Positions 24,292-36,002 of a stretch of 64,000 nt of DNA are shown here, in pieces. The DNA lies in assembly GCF_963921235.1 (NCBI RefSeq), contig NC_086109.1:33854001-33918000 (forward strand), given 5' to 3'. Made by a program: the position numbers and the translations under genes. The stretch comes from Mobula hypostoma (lineage: Eukaryota). Each line of letters opens with the position of its first letter. Within the stretch, counting starts at the first letter, position 1. The notes beneath the pieces are model-generated. The model did no database searches, was not told the origin of the DNA, and worked only from the letters and a program-made list of their open reading frames with translations.

Positions 24292-24716
24292 GAGAGTTCG
24301 CACAAATCTGTGTGCGGTATTGTTCTTATACCTTAGGGAGGATATATTTGCTTTTGATTTGATGTATATTTGCTTTTTGATTTGTTCAGTTCACTAGTCT
24401 GGGTTCTAGTATGACTCTCTGGTGAGTAAATTTGACCTATCAATCTTATTATGTAAGATTCTGAGATAGACTGACAAGAGACTATTTCTTCAAACAAGAT
24501 AGGCTAGAAGTGGGATTTCTGCATAGAAGGGCATCCATTAATAACTGTACTAAGGAGAATTTTTCTCCAAGGAGTTTTGTAAAATTGGGAAATTACTCTC
24601 ACAGAAATCTATGGATGTGCCACCATAAATTTTCAAGGTTAAGATTGATGTATTTTTGAACATTATGGGAACAAAGACACGTGAGGGTCAGGTGGATATA
24701 GTCGGGATTGGGATGC

Positions 24717-24816
24717 AGACCTGATGATGGGTCTTGGCCCAAAATGTCGACCTTTTACTCTTTTCCATAGATACTGCCTGGCCTGCTGAATTCCTCCAGC
24801 ATTTTGTGTGTGCTGC
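24717..24816 (+). mobile_element. Penelope-like short repeat with degenerate hammerhead
   Basis: AGACCTGATGATGGGTCTTGGCCCAAAATGTCGACC..GATACTGCCTGGCCTGCTGAATTCCTCCAGCATTTTGTGTG. Confidence 0.75.
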
Positions 24817-24929
24817 TCCACAACGTTCTCTTTTTGTTTCTGTGCACACTGCTTCTTCTTATGGGCTTTGTCAGTGGTATACTTTTAAAATATCTATTTA
24901 TCCTATCTAAGGATTTCTTGAATGCTGGA

Positions 24930-26156
24930 ATATTCCTCAGGCTGCTCCACATGGCGAGGGAAGAGATTGCTGAGCCTCTGGCCAGGATCTTTATGTCCTC
25001 GTTGTCCACAGGAATGGTACCGGAGGATTGGAGGGAGGCGAATGTTGTCCCCTTGTTCAAAAAAGGTAGCAGGGATAATCCGGGTAATTATAGACCAGTG
25101 AGCCTTACGTCTGTGGTGGGAAAGCTGTTGGAAAAGATTCTTAGAGATAGGATCTATGGGCATTTAGAGAATCATGGTCTGATCAGGGACAGTCAGCATG
25201 GCTTTGTGAAGGGCAGATCGTGTCTAACAAGCCTGATAGAGTTCTTTGAGGAGGTGACCAGGCATAGAGATGAGGGTAGTGCAGTGGATGTGATCTATAT
25301 GGATTTTAGTAAGGCATTTGACAAGGTTCCACACGGTAGGCTTATTCAGAAAGTCAGAAGGCATGGGATCCAGGGAAATTTGGCCAGGTGGATTCAGAAT
25401 TGGCTTGCCTGCAGAAGGCAGAGGGTCATGGTGGAGGGGGTACGTTCAGATTGGAGGATTGTGACTAGTGGTGTCCCACAAGGATCTGTTCTGGGACCTC
25501 TACTTTTCGTGATTTTTATTAACGACCTGGATGTGGGGGTAGAAGGGTGGGTTGGCAAGTTTGCAGATGACACAAAGGTTGGTGGTGTTGTAGATAGTGT
25601 AGAGGATTGTCAAAGATTGCAGAGAGACATTGATAGGATGCAGAAGTGGGCTGAGAAGTGGCAGATGGAGTTCAACCCGGAGAAGTGTGAGGTGGTACAC
25701 TTTGGAAGGACAAACTCCAAGGCAGAGTACAAAGTAAATGGCAGGATACTTGGTAGTGCAGAGGAGCAGAGGGATCTCGGGGTACATGTCCACAGATCCC
25801 TGAAAGTTGCCTCACAGGTGGATAGGGTAGTTAAGAAAGCTTATGGGGTGTTAGCTTTCATAAGTCGAGGGATAGAGTTTAAGAGTCGCAATGTAATGAT
25901 GCAGCTCTATAAAACTCTGGTTAGGCCACACTTGGAGTACTGTGTCCAGTTCTGGTCGCCTCACTATAGGAAGGATGTGGAAGCATTGGAAAGGATACAG
26001 AGGAGATTTACCAGGATACTGCCTGGTTTAGAGAGTATGCATTATGATCAGAGATTAAGGGAGCTAGGGCTTTACTCTTTGGAGAGAAGGAGGATGAGAG
26101 GAGACATGATAGAGGTGTACAAGATGTTAAGAGGAATAGATAGAGTGGGTAGCTAG
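24930..26156 (+). pseudogene. CR1 ORF2 reverse transcriptase domain, 5'-truncated (no endonuclease), premature stop at 26154-26156
   Basis: PEDWREANVVPLFKKG, NYRPVSLTS, DFSKAFDKVPH, GVPQGSVLGPLLF, KFADD, LVRPHLEYC; homology continues past the stop (RGRFFTQRVVGAWNALP). Confidence 0.9.
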
Positions 26157-26457
26157 TGTCTCTTCCCCAGGGCACCACTGCTCAATACAAGAGCACATGG
26201 CTTTAAGGTAAGGGGTGGGACGTTCAAGGGGGATATTAGAGGAAGGTTTTTTACTCAGAGGGTGGTTGGTGCGTGGAATGCACTGCCTGTGTCAGTGGTG
26301 GAGGCAGATACACTAGTGAAGTTTAAGAGACTACTAGACAGGTATATGGAGGAATTTAAGATGGGGGCTTATATGGGAGGCAGGGATTGAGGGTTGGCAC
26401 AACATTGTGGGCCGAAGGGCCTGTACTGTGCTGTACTGTTCTATGTTCTATGTTCTA
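24930..26457 (+). mobile_element. Young 5'-truncated CR1 LINE
   Basis: Open RT frame of about 405 codons, CR1 3' UTR and (TGTTCTA)n tail. Confidence 0.95.
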
Positions 26458-27907
26458 TATCTATCCGTTAATTTGTATGAAGTTTCCTTTTATTCCATGG
26501 AAGTGTCACTAGTTTCAACTGCACAGCTCGATCATGGTTTCATAAATGATAATTCCCTATTCTTTAAATAATTTTGTAACATTGATATAAATGAAGAATG
26601 AACTGCTCTGATGAAAAAGATGGTTTTATATCAACAAAATAAAAATATAGTATTCTGCTGAACCAGGGGCATGCAATGAGTTACTGGAGAAATGCTGAAT
26701 TGAGATCTCCTTCAGATGAAATATGTTAAAAATTCACAGATGAAGCAGAATTGGAATAGACAGTGAAGAGGTTGAAATTTTGCAAAACTATTTGAATGCA
26801 CAGGAATGGAAATGAAAAACAAATGTCTAAAATATGATCCTGTTAAATATTAAGCTTTATAATATGAACAATGTTAATGCTGTTGTATTAAAACATTAAA
26901 AGAGATTGCAGCTGGACTTCAGACAGGAAAGATGTATGTAAGACATAACTAACTGATAGATTGAAATACTTGCAGGCTGTAATGCAACTTATAAATATGG
27001 AGGAGATTGTGGTTATCAGTTAAAATAAATTAAACAAAAAATCACAGCGGTTCGAAATCCTGCTCTGAATCTGTGGAAATGGAAAGAGAGTTAACATTTC
27101 AAATGCAAGATCTCTCTTCAGTCTGAGTGTTTTCAACCTGTTTTTGTTTCAGATTTCCAGGAAGTGCTGCTTTAGATATTGATTTATCCAAGATTTTATT
27201 GTTATCTTCTGCTCAATTTGTTAGATATTTGGTGGTTGTGACAAAATTAAACTCATGTCCTTCAAAATTATGGAACAATAATGACAGTAAAAAGGATTGT
27301 TTACATGACATAGCAACGAAGTTACTGGGCTAGCAGTTGAAGTTCCGTACTGCTGATCATAATGCAAGAGTTTAAAACACATAATAACAACTAAAGAATT
27401 TAAATGCAGATAATTACATGAAATAAGTTTGATTAAAAAAAGTTAGTCTCAGTAACAATAGCCAAGAAATGATCAATTATTGCGAAAGTTCCTTTGTTTC
27501 AATAATACTTCAGGGCAGGAATTTGCCCTCCTGGATATGAGTTCAGGATGACATGTGACTTTGGGAAGAACAATGAGTGCTGGCATTGCCAATGGTATTC
27601 ATATCCTGTGAAGGAAAACCAAAAAGGGGAACTATTTGATTTCTAAAATGCATTAATTTAGATTCACATAGACTAGAACTGCACAAACATATAATCGATA
27701 ATTTACAGAAATAACATGATCTAGATGTAACAAATTTAACAATTTCCAAAACATGATCTTATAGGGTCCAATGGTCCAGCCAGCATTGCACTGTCTCATA
27801 AAGGATGTAGGCATTTTAGAGTTTATTCCTGGACATAAGCAACATCCCAGAGTGCATTTATCCTTCATTAAGTTTTTTCTAAAATGTTGATTTGTCTCCT
27901 TAAATTA

Positions 27908-29212
27908 GGTGGCATGGTAGTGTCGTGGTTATCGTGACGGTATTACAGCTCAGGGCATTCCAGAGATCAGAATTCAATTCCAGCACCGTCTGTAAGCAGT
28001 CATTGTCCCTGTGCCTGTGTGGTGCTCTATTGTCCTCCCATGATCTAAAGATGACTTCTCCAATGCGTTCAACATCATCCGCCCTGCTCTGCTGGGGGAG
28101 AAGCTGACAGCGATGCAGGTGGATGCTTCCCTGGTGTCATGGATTCTTGATTACCTGACTGGCAGACCACAGTACGTGTGCTTGCAACACTGTGTGTCCG
28201 ACAGAGTGATCAGCAGCACTGGGGCTCCACAGGGGACTGTCTTGTCTCCCTTTCTCTTCACCATTTGCACCTCGGACTTCAACTACTGCGCAGAGTCTTG
28301 TCATCTTCAGAGTTTTCTGATGACTCTGCCATAGTTGGATGCATCAGCAAAGGAGATGAGGCTGAGTACAGGGCTACGGTAGGAAACTTCGTCACATGGT
28401 GTGAGCAGAATTATCTGCAGCTTAATGTGAAAAAGACTAAGGAGCTGGTGGTAGACCTGAGGAGAGCTAAGGTACCGGTGACCCCTATTTCCATCCAGGG
28501 GGTCAGTGTGGACATGGTGGAGGATTACAAATACCTGGGGATATGAATTGGCAATAAACTGGACTGGTCAAAGAACACTGAGGCTGTCTACAAGAAGGGT
28601 CAGAGCCATCTCTATTTCCTGAGGAGACTGAGGTCCTTTAACATCTGCTGGACGATGCTGAGGATGTTCTACGAGTCTGTGGTGGCCAGTGCTATCATGT
28701 TTGCTGTTGTGTGCTGGGGCAGCAGGCTGAGGGTAGCAGACACCAACAGAATCAACAAACTCACTCATAAGGCCAGTGATGTTGTGGGGATGGAACTGGA
28801 CTCTCTGAAAAGAAAATGCTGTCCAAGTTGCATGCCATCTTGGACAATGTCTCCCATCCACTACATAATGTACTGGGTGGGCTCAGGAGTACATTCAGCC
28901 AGGGACTCATTCCACCGAGATGCAACACTGAGCGTCATAGGAAGTCATTCCTGCCTGTGGCCATCAAACTTTACAACTCCTCCCTTGGAGGGTCAGACAC
29001 CCTGAGCCAATAGGCTGGTCCTGGACTTATTTATAATTTACTGGCATAATTTACATATTACTATTTAACTATTTATGGTTTTATTACTATTTATTATTTA
29101 TGGAGCAACTGTAACGAAAACCAATTTCCCCCGGGATTAATAAAGTATGACTATGACGATGTACCAGTTAATAAGTGTGACTCATTGGGCAGAAGGACCT
29201 GTTCCATGCTAT
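27908..29212 (+). mobile_element. Decayed tRNA-derived SINE (27908-28052 plus 29158-29212) split by a Rex element
   Basis: GGTGGCATGGTAGTGTCGTGG A-box-like, GAATTCAATTCC B-box-like; CCTCCCATGATCTAAAGATG rejoins GATGTACCAGTT after the insertion. Confidence 0.55.
28053..29157 (+). mobile_element. 5'-truncated Rex1/Babar-type LINE
   Basis: DFSNAFNII, WILDYLTGRPQYV, TGAPQGTVLSPFLF, FSDDSAIVG, LQLNVKKTKELVVD, SFLPVAIKLYN; AATAAAG(TATGAC)n tail; a few frameshifts. Confidence 0.9.
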
Positions 29213-31500
29213 ATAAGACCATAACATATAGGAGTCAAATTAGGCCATTTGGCCCATTGAGTCTGCTCTCCCATTTCATCATGACTGATTCATTTTCCTT
29301 CTCAGTCCCAATGGCCTGCCTTCTCTCCATATCCCTTCATGCCCTGACCAATCAGGAATCAATCCGCCTCTGCCTTAAATTTACGTTAAAAGCTTGGTCT
29401 CCACAGCTGCCTGTGGCAACGAAATCCACAGATTCACCACTCTCTAGCTGAAGAAATTCCTCCTTATCTCCATTCTAAAAGAATGCTCCTCTATTTTGAG
29501 GTCCTCTGGTCCTAGACTCTCCCAACATAGGAAACATCCTCTCCTCATCCACTCAGTTGAGGCCTTTCAACATTCAATTGGTTTCAATGAGGTTATCCCT
29601 CACTCTTCTGAATTCCAGTGAATACAGGCCCAGAACCTTCAAAAACTCTTCATATGATAAACTATTCAATCCTGGAATCATTTTCATGAACCTCCTTCGA
29701 ACCTTCTCCAGTGTCAGCACATCCTTTCTCAGATTGGGGACCACAATACTCACAATGCTCCAAGCGAGACCTGACAGTGCCTCATATAGTCTCAACATTA
29801 CATCCTTGCTTTTATAGTCTAGTCCTCTTCAAATGAATGCTAACGTCACATTTGCTCGCCTCACCACCGACTCAACCCGCAAATTAGCCTTTAGGGAATC
29901 CTGCACAAGGACTCCCAAATCCCTTTGCCTCAGTTTTTTGTATTTTCTCTCCATTTGGAAAATAGTTTATCCTTGTATTTCTTCTATCAAAGTGCATGAC
30001 CATACACTTCCTGACACTGTATTCTATCTTTCACTTCTTTGCCTATTCTCCAAATCTGTTTAAGTCCTTCTGTAGCCTCTCCACTTCCTCAAAACTACCA
30101 GCCCCTCCACCTATCTTCATATTGTCTGCAAACTTTGCAACAAAGCCATGATCCAAGTCATTACCAACACAGATTCCTGTGGAACACCACTAGTCACCGA
30201 CAGCAACCAGAAAAGGCCCTCCTTTTTCCCACTCTTTGTCTCCTGCCAATCAGCCACTGCTTTATCCATGCTGGTATCTTTCCTGTAAAACTATGGGCCT
30301 TTAACTTGTTGAGTAGCCACATGTGTTGTACCTTGTCAAATGTCTTCTGAAAATTCATGTACACAAAATACACCAATTGTCCTTTGTCTATCCTGCTTGT
30401 TATTTCTTCAAAGAACTCCTACAGATTTGTTAAGTTAAATTTTCCCTTAACAAAACCATGCTGACTATGGCCTTATTTTATCATGTGCCTCCAAGTCCTC
30501 ATCCTTAACAATTGACTCCAGCATCTTCCCAAACTCTGAGGTCACAGCCTATAATTTCCTTTCTTCTGCCTCTCTCTCTTCTTGAAGAGTGGAATGACAT
30601 TTGCAAATTTCTAACCATTCCAGAATCTAGTGATTCTTGAAAGATCATTACTAATGCCTCCACGATCTCTTCAGCATCTTCTTTCAGCCGGAAGTTTTGG
30701 TACACATTGGCACTGATGACATAGATAGACAAGGTGAGGAGGTCCTGAAGAGAGATTTTAAGGTGCTAGGTAGAAAGCTGAAAAACAGGACCTCCAGGGT
30801 CCTTGTCTACCTATGCCATCGGTGTCAATATGTACCAAGACTTCTGGCTGTTCACCCTCCGTGGAGAAAGCCATGGACCTGATCTGAGACATCGCTGACC
30901 CCAACACCGGGGAGGCAACGTACCATCGGGGTGTCTCTATCACACCCACAGTATTCCACCTCTGTTCCTCTGACTATGGAATATCTTATCACCACTGCAG
31001 TCCTCTTCACCTCTCTGTTCTTCTGAGCCAGAGCACCAGACTCAGTGCCAGAGACTCGGTCACTGTGGCACCCACCCCCCGCCCCCCGCCAGTAATATCT
31101 AAAGTGGTATAATTATTATTGAGGGGAACGGCCACAGGTGTGCTCTGCACTGGCTGTGCATTTCCCTTCCTTCTCCTGACATTTACCCGGTTACCTGTCT
31201 CCTCCAACCTCGTGGTGACTACCTCCCTGTAGCTCTGATCTATTGCCTCCTCTTCCTCCCGTATGAGCCAAAGGTCATCGAGCTGCAGCGCGAGTTTCTT
31301 AATACAATCTCTCAGGAGCTGTAGCTCTGTGCACCTGGCGCAGATGTGTTTTTCCAGGAGGCTGGAGGTCTCCCTGAATTCCCACATCTCACACACAGAA
31401 CAAAGCACTGTCCCTGGGGCCGTTCTCACTCCACTACCCTGCCCTAACAGAGAAAGAATGAGGCAAAAGAGAAACTTTACCTCACCCAAGCTTGATATCT
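29213..31500 (-). mobile_element. Decayed CR1 LINE with rearranged middle (RT part 29213-30687, inverted ORF1 piece 30685-30800, ORF1 30801-31500)
   Basis: Minus-strand CSVCEMWEFR..HICARC zinc finger, EGEQPEVLVHI, NFQKTFDKVQH and LGLYSLEFRR; TATGGTCT-type tail as at 21700. Confidence 0.85.
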
Positions 31501-33049
31501 CTAAATAAGTAACTAAACAAATAAACAAATAAATAGATGATAGAGTTACTGATTCCTTGTAGAATTTGGCAGATGCTTTAAACAGATGTTGGTGAGTGAT
31601 AGTTTTTACATATTGCTGCCCCTGTGAACTTCGCTGCCTGATCGGTATCCTGGATTCAATTAAAGACACATGAGTAATATTCCACATATATTCCATCAAG
31701 TAAATGGTGAGTGATCCACAATACTGACTTAGAAATTGTTAATGGTGAATTAAAGCTGTGATGACAGAAGGTGTTCAATTTTTCTCTCAATACCTGGCCC
31801 CAGGGGCCCATTCTTGCAGCCAAACTGATCAAACGGCTGGTTCAGTTCAACCTTTACCAACAGCATCACCAAGACATTAATAGTCGGGCCCCGACAACAA
31901 TGGTGATTGCTCTTGTGCAGGTCGTTGATTAACTGCATGGTACTTTATATAGAGCAGATTATCAAGTGTCAGCCCATCTATTGTAAATGTTTTTTGTAGG
32001 ATGGCAAAGACACTGTCATTATCTCTCGAGTTATTTGTGGAAATGAATACTGTGCCAACAATACTGCTCAGTTCAGCTTCTGGTCTTATGACAGTGAGCT
32101 CATTGAAAAAGTGTTTGAATATAACTGGATTAATTAATATTCTCTGAAGACCTCATTGTAAATTGAATATAATGATTCAATGACCACTTCCTGATATGAT
32201 AAAAATATGACACCATTTTGTAGGAGAATTATTGGATTTCTATATAAATTATCGGTTACCAGGCCTTGTTTTCTGGTGAATGATTGTCAAGTTTGATGAA
32301 TTTTAAAAAAAAACCTATGGTGTGAATTTTCATCTGCGTTATTTGCTGTTGGTGACATGAGCCACGTATTTCATCAATATATCTCATGTTGCATTTCATA
32401 CATGGCTGTAGGTTTGAGTTGTGTGGGAACTAGTAATAACATTTTTAAAATGCTCTTCAAATAGATTCTTGAAAGGAAGGAGATAATAGATTTCCTTCTC
32501 TTTTCATAAAATGTGTTCTGAACTGAGATGAGCTAATCTCTAATTTGCCTTGTGGCTTATGACAGAAGAAAGAGTGGGTGGTTGCTGCCTCCAACATAAT
32601 TCCTTTCTGTATGAATCACTGAGAGAGCTATTAAACATTTGAAGCTTCAAGCAAGACATGACATGTTGATGATGGCAAGGACTAACCTTCCTACCGTCTT
32701 GAAGATTGCTTATTTTGCCAATAACAAGCTGTGTTTCTCCAGTCCTCATGTCACAGTGCTGCTGATGTTCCCTGTGGTGTGGCCTAGGGAAGTGCTGGCC
32801 AAGACTGAGCTACCAGCAGGGCCCAGGACCAAGAGTTTGACTGCAGGACAACCACCATTACTGCAATCTCCTCAGCCCTCCAGGATGCCCTCTGCACTTC
32901 TACGAATTAAATGTTACTCTCCCAGATATAATGTGAACAATATGAGGTGAAATCAGGGAGCCGAATACAAAATGCTAGCATTCAATATTCTTTGAACTCC
33001 ATCATTTTTAATCAACTAAATTGATACCTTTAAATTGATATCTAAATTG

Positions 33050-33749
33050 ATATTGATAGCTTTAAGTTCCTCGGGTGAATATCACAAATGACCTGACTTG
33101 GACCAACCAAGCAAAGTCCACTGCCAAGAAGGCCCACCAGCACCTTTACCTCCTGAGAAAACTAAAGAAATTTGGCCTGTCCCCTAAAACCCTCACTAAT
33201 TTTTATAGATGCACCGTAGAAAGCATTCTTCTAGGGTGCATCACAACCTGGTATGGAAGTTGTCCTGTCCAAGACCGGAAGAAGCTGCAGAAGATCATGA
33301 ACACGGCGCAGCACATCACCTAAACCAATCTTCCATCCTTGGACTCACGTCACACTGCACACTGTCAGAGCAGTGCTGCCAGGATAATCAAGGACACGAC
33401 CCACCCAGCCAACACACTTTTTGTCCCTCTTCCCTCCAGGAGAAGGCTCAGGAGCTTGAAGATTTGTATGGTCAGATTTGGGAACAGCTTCTTTCCAACT
33501 GTGATAAGACTGCTGAACGGATCCTGACCCGGATCAGGGCCGTACCCTCCAAATATCCGGACCTACCTCTCGGTTTTTTTGCACTACCCTACTTTTCATT
33601 TTCTATTTTCTATTTATGATTTATAATTTATATTTTTAATATTTACTATCAATTTGTACTCCAGGGAGCGGGAAGTGCAGAATCAAATATCGCTGTGATG
33701 ATTGTACGTCCTAGTATCAATTGTTTGGCGACAATAAAGTATAAAGTAT
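33050..33749 (+). mobile_element. 5'-truncated Rex1/Babar-type LINE
   Basis: NITNDLTW..KKAHQHLYLLRKLKKF..FYRCTVESIL..ITTWYG, LPSRRRLRSL..NSFFPTVIRLLN; AATAAAGTATAAAGTAT tail. Confidence 0.9.
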
Positions 33750-34084
33750 CTGAGGTACCACAGGAAGGAAGGAAGCCATTTATGCTGAATGAGTCACCCC
33801 ACCTTGTTTACCATTATCCTGTTTGCATAGTTGCAAAATACTGACACCTATAAATCTTTTCATGAGTATTAAAATCAATAATTGCAAACCATTAAGGAGC
33901 TAAGCTGTCTCAACATATCTGCTGACGTGCTACCCAACTTCAGTTGTGCTCACAGGATGGACAGAGTATGAAGGACAGCATTATTTAAATGGAGGCACTG
34001 ACCCTGAGTAAAAGGCAGGTTTGGGTAAGTTGTACATTCACTCTAATTTATTTTGTGCAAACTGCATTCTATATTTTATTTACG

Positions 34085-34600
34085 TACAGTACTCTGCACA
34101 TACATATCGCTCGGGTGGCAAAGGCTTTTGCACAGTAATGTATTTATCAACATGGAGCGGAGAGCAAGTTTGTAAATCTGGTGGGAGTAAAGGATGAATG
34201 GTGAGGGTGGAGGGCCATGGGAGGGTTGTGGGACGGGTGGCAGAGAAGGAGTGCCAGGGACAGGGGGGTGTTGGCATGGGTGCAGACACACCCAGACCTG
34301 ATGCAGCAGGCAAGGTCATCTGATTCCAAACAACTGGTCTATTGATCATGGCAGAATGTGTCTCTGTGGCTTCCCACTCCATCCCCTCTCTCTTCTCCTT
34401 TTCCCAACCGTGATTGCCCTCTCTCTGTCTACAACAGAGACCCATATCAGAATCAGGTTTATCATCACTCACATGAAATTTGTTTTTTTTTCACAGCACG
34501 AATACAATGTAATACATAAAATTACTGCAGTAATATGCAGAAGTCTTAGGTACCTTAGCTATACTTGGGTATATGCCTAAGATTTTTGCACAGTACTGTG
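34085..34600. mobile_element. Composite Tc1/mariner-like MITE: two short palindromic units flanking a captured segment
   Basis: Units 34085-34142 and 34526-34600 follow TACAGTACTGTGCAAAAGTCTTAGG..CCTAAGACTTTTGCACAGTACTGTA with decay; TA-type termini. Confidence 0.65.
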
Positions 34601-35777
34601 ATACTACCTGAACAGATTTTAAATGGCTCTGACAATCAGTGACTTTTCAAAACAGCCTAAAGGCCATGGACAGTAATGACCCATCAAGAGGCCATCGGGA
34701 TATTCTGAGGGGAGTGTCTCAGGTACACAGCCTGAGGCTGAGTGAATGCTCACAGCCAACTCTGTTTTGCAAGACAACTCTGGGGTACACAGGGTCAAGT
34801 TTGCACAGTTTTTATTTGGAACACATTAGTGTAGGTAGGAGAACACTGTGTGCAGTGTGTTTAGGCAGTAGGCCAAGTCCATGATGATCAAATCCACTTC
34901 TTCTGAAATAAATATAGCCGAACCAAGAATATGACATCTACCCCTGTTGATTTGTACCCAACAATTAAAAATGATAGAGAAGAGCCAGATAGGACTCCAC
35001 CCATAGTTTTCAGTCAAACCATAATAATGACATAAATTATGACATTGGAGAATATTAAACATTTTGTTTAATAAGTTCTTAGATGGACAAGTCCTTAGAA
35101 TCCACAATTATAAATATAATTAAAGGTCATTTAGTAATGTACAGCTTTATCAAGGACAGTCAACATGCACCAATTAAGGCTTTATGTGGAGGCAATACCA
35201 GGGAGTAGAGATGGGGTGAATTCCTGTCACTCAAGTTTCTAATTTCCCTGCTGTAATGATGTAGATTGATTTTATAAAACTAATTAATATGTTCCTCGGC
35301 TTAATAAATAGATTCATTGAAAAGTGAATTCAGTAATGATAATATGGGACATTCTCTTTCTGCAATTTCAAAAGAGTTGATCTTTACCACAGTCATCTGC
35401 CTTCTTTAAACACCCTAGGTTATGGAGCCAGCAGAAACTAAACTTGATCGCTATCACTGAGTGCTCATTATCAGCAGAACAGCAACGTGGCACACTGTCG
35501 CTTTAGTTTTAACTGACTGGGAAAGCTTTACTGATTAATGACTTCATTTATGACAATAATAAAACTCCTTTGAAGGTGATTCTCGTACAAACTATGCAAT
35601 CAATTGCACTACGGTATGCACTGCAATGAGTATTATTGGTTAATTGTCCTGCCTACTTAAAAATATATAAATTGATCATAATACTTAAAGATAAAGTGGC
35701 CTCTTAGCTTTTTGTGGAGGTAGTAGGTGATAGATTGCATGTATGAGTAAATTCTTAAAAAGCACTTACAAAGATAA

Positions 35778-35982
35778 GCACAAAATAATCTGCGGATGCC
35801 GGGGTCAAAGCAACACTCACAACACGCAGGAGGAACTCAGCAGGTTGGGCAGCATCTGTGGAAAAGATCAGTCGATGTTTCGGGCCGGAACCCTTCGTCA
35901 GGATGTTTCGTCCGAAACGTCGACCGATCTTTTCCACGGATGTTGCCCAACCTGCTGACTTCCTCCAGCGTGTTGTGAGTGT
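35778..35982. mobile_element. Palindromic (inverted-pair) Penelope-like insertion
   Basis: Perfect 15-bp TSD CACTTACAAAGATAA (35763-35777 / 35983-35997); arms 35813-35883 and 35912-35982 are reverse complements (about 6 mismatches in 71 bp); hammerhead core CTGACGA..GAAAC on the minus strand. Confidence 0.85.
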
Positions 35983-36002
35983 CACTTACAAAGATAATTT
36001 AT

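Noticed and set aside
24804..24930. Hydrophobic N-terminus on the 450-aa RT ORF, suggesting a membrane-anchored domesticated RT
   Set aside because: The extension is T-rich flank plus the end of a Penelope-like repeat, starts at a non-ATG codon, and lies upstream of an ordinary 5' truncation point.
24890..24930. TSD ATATCTAT plus about 30 bp of extra 5' sequence for the CR1 at 24930-26457
   Set aside because: The match is short, low-complexity and overlaps the (TGTTCTA)n tail, so it cannot be distinguished from chance.
32743..32947. Possible exon (TTTCTCCAG acceptor, open frame, GAG/GTGAAA donor)
   Set aside because: The peptide is not recognisable, the donor is weak and there are no partner exons; it cannot be supported without transcript data.
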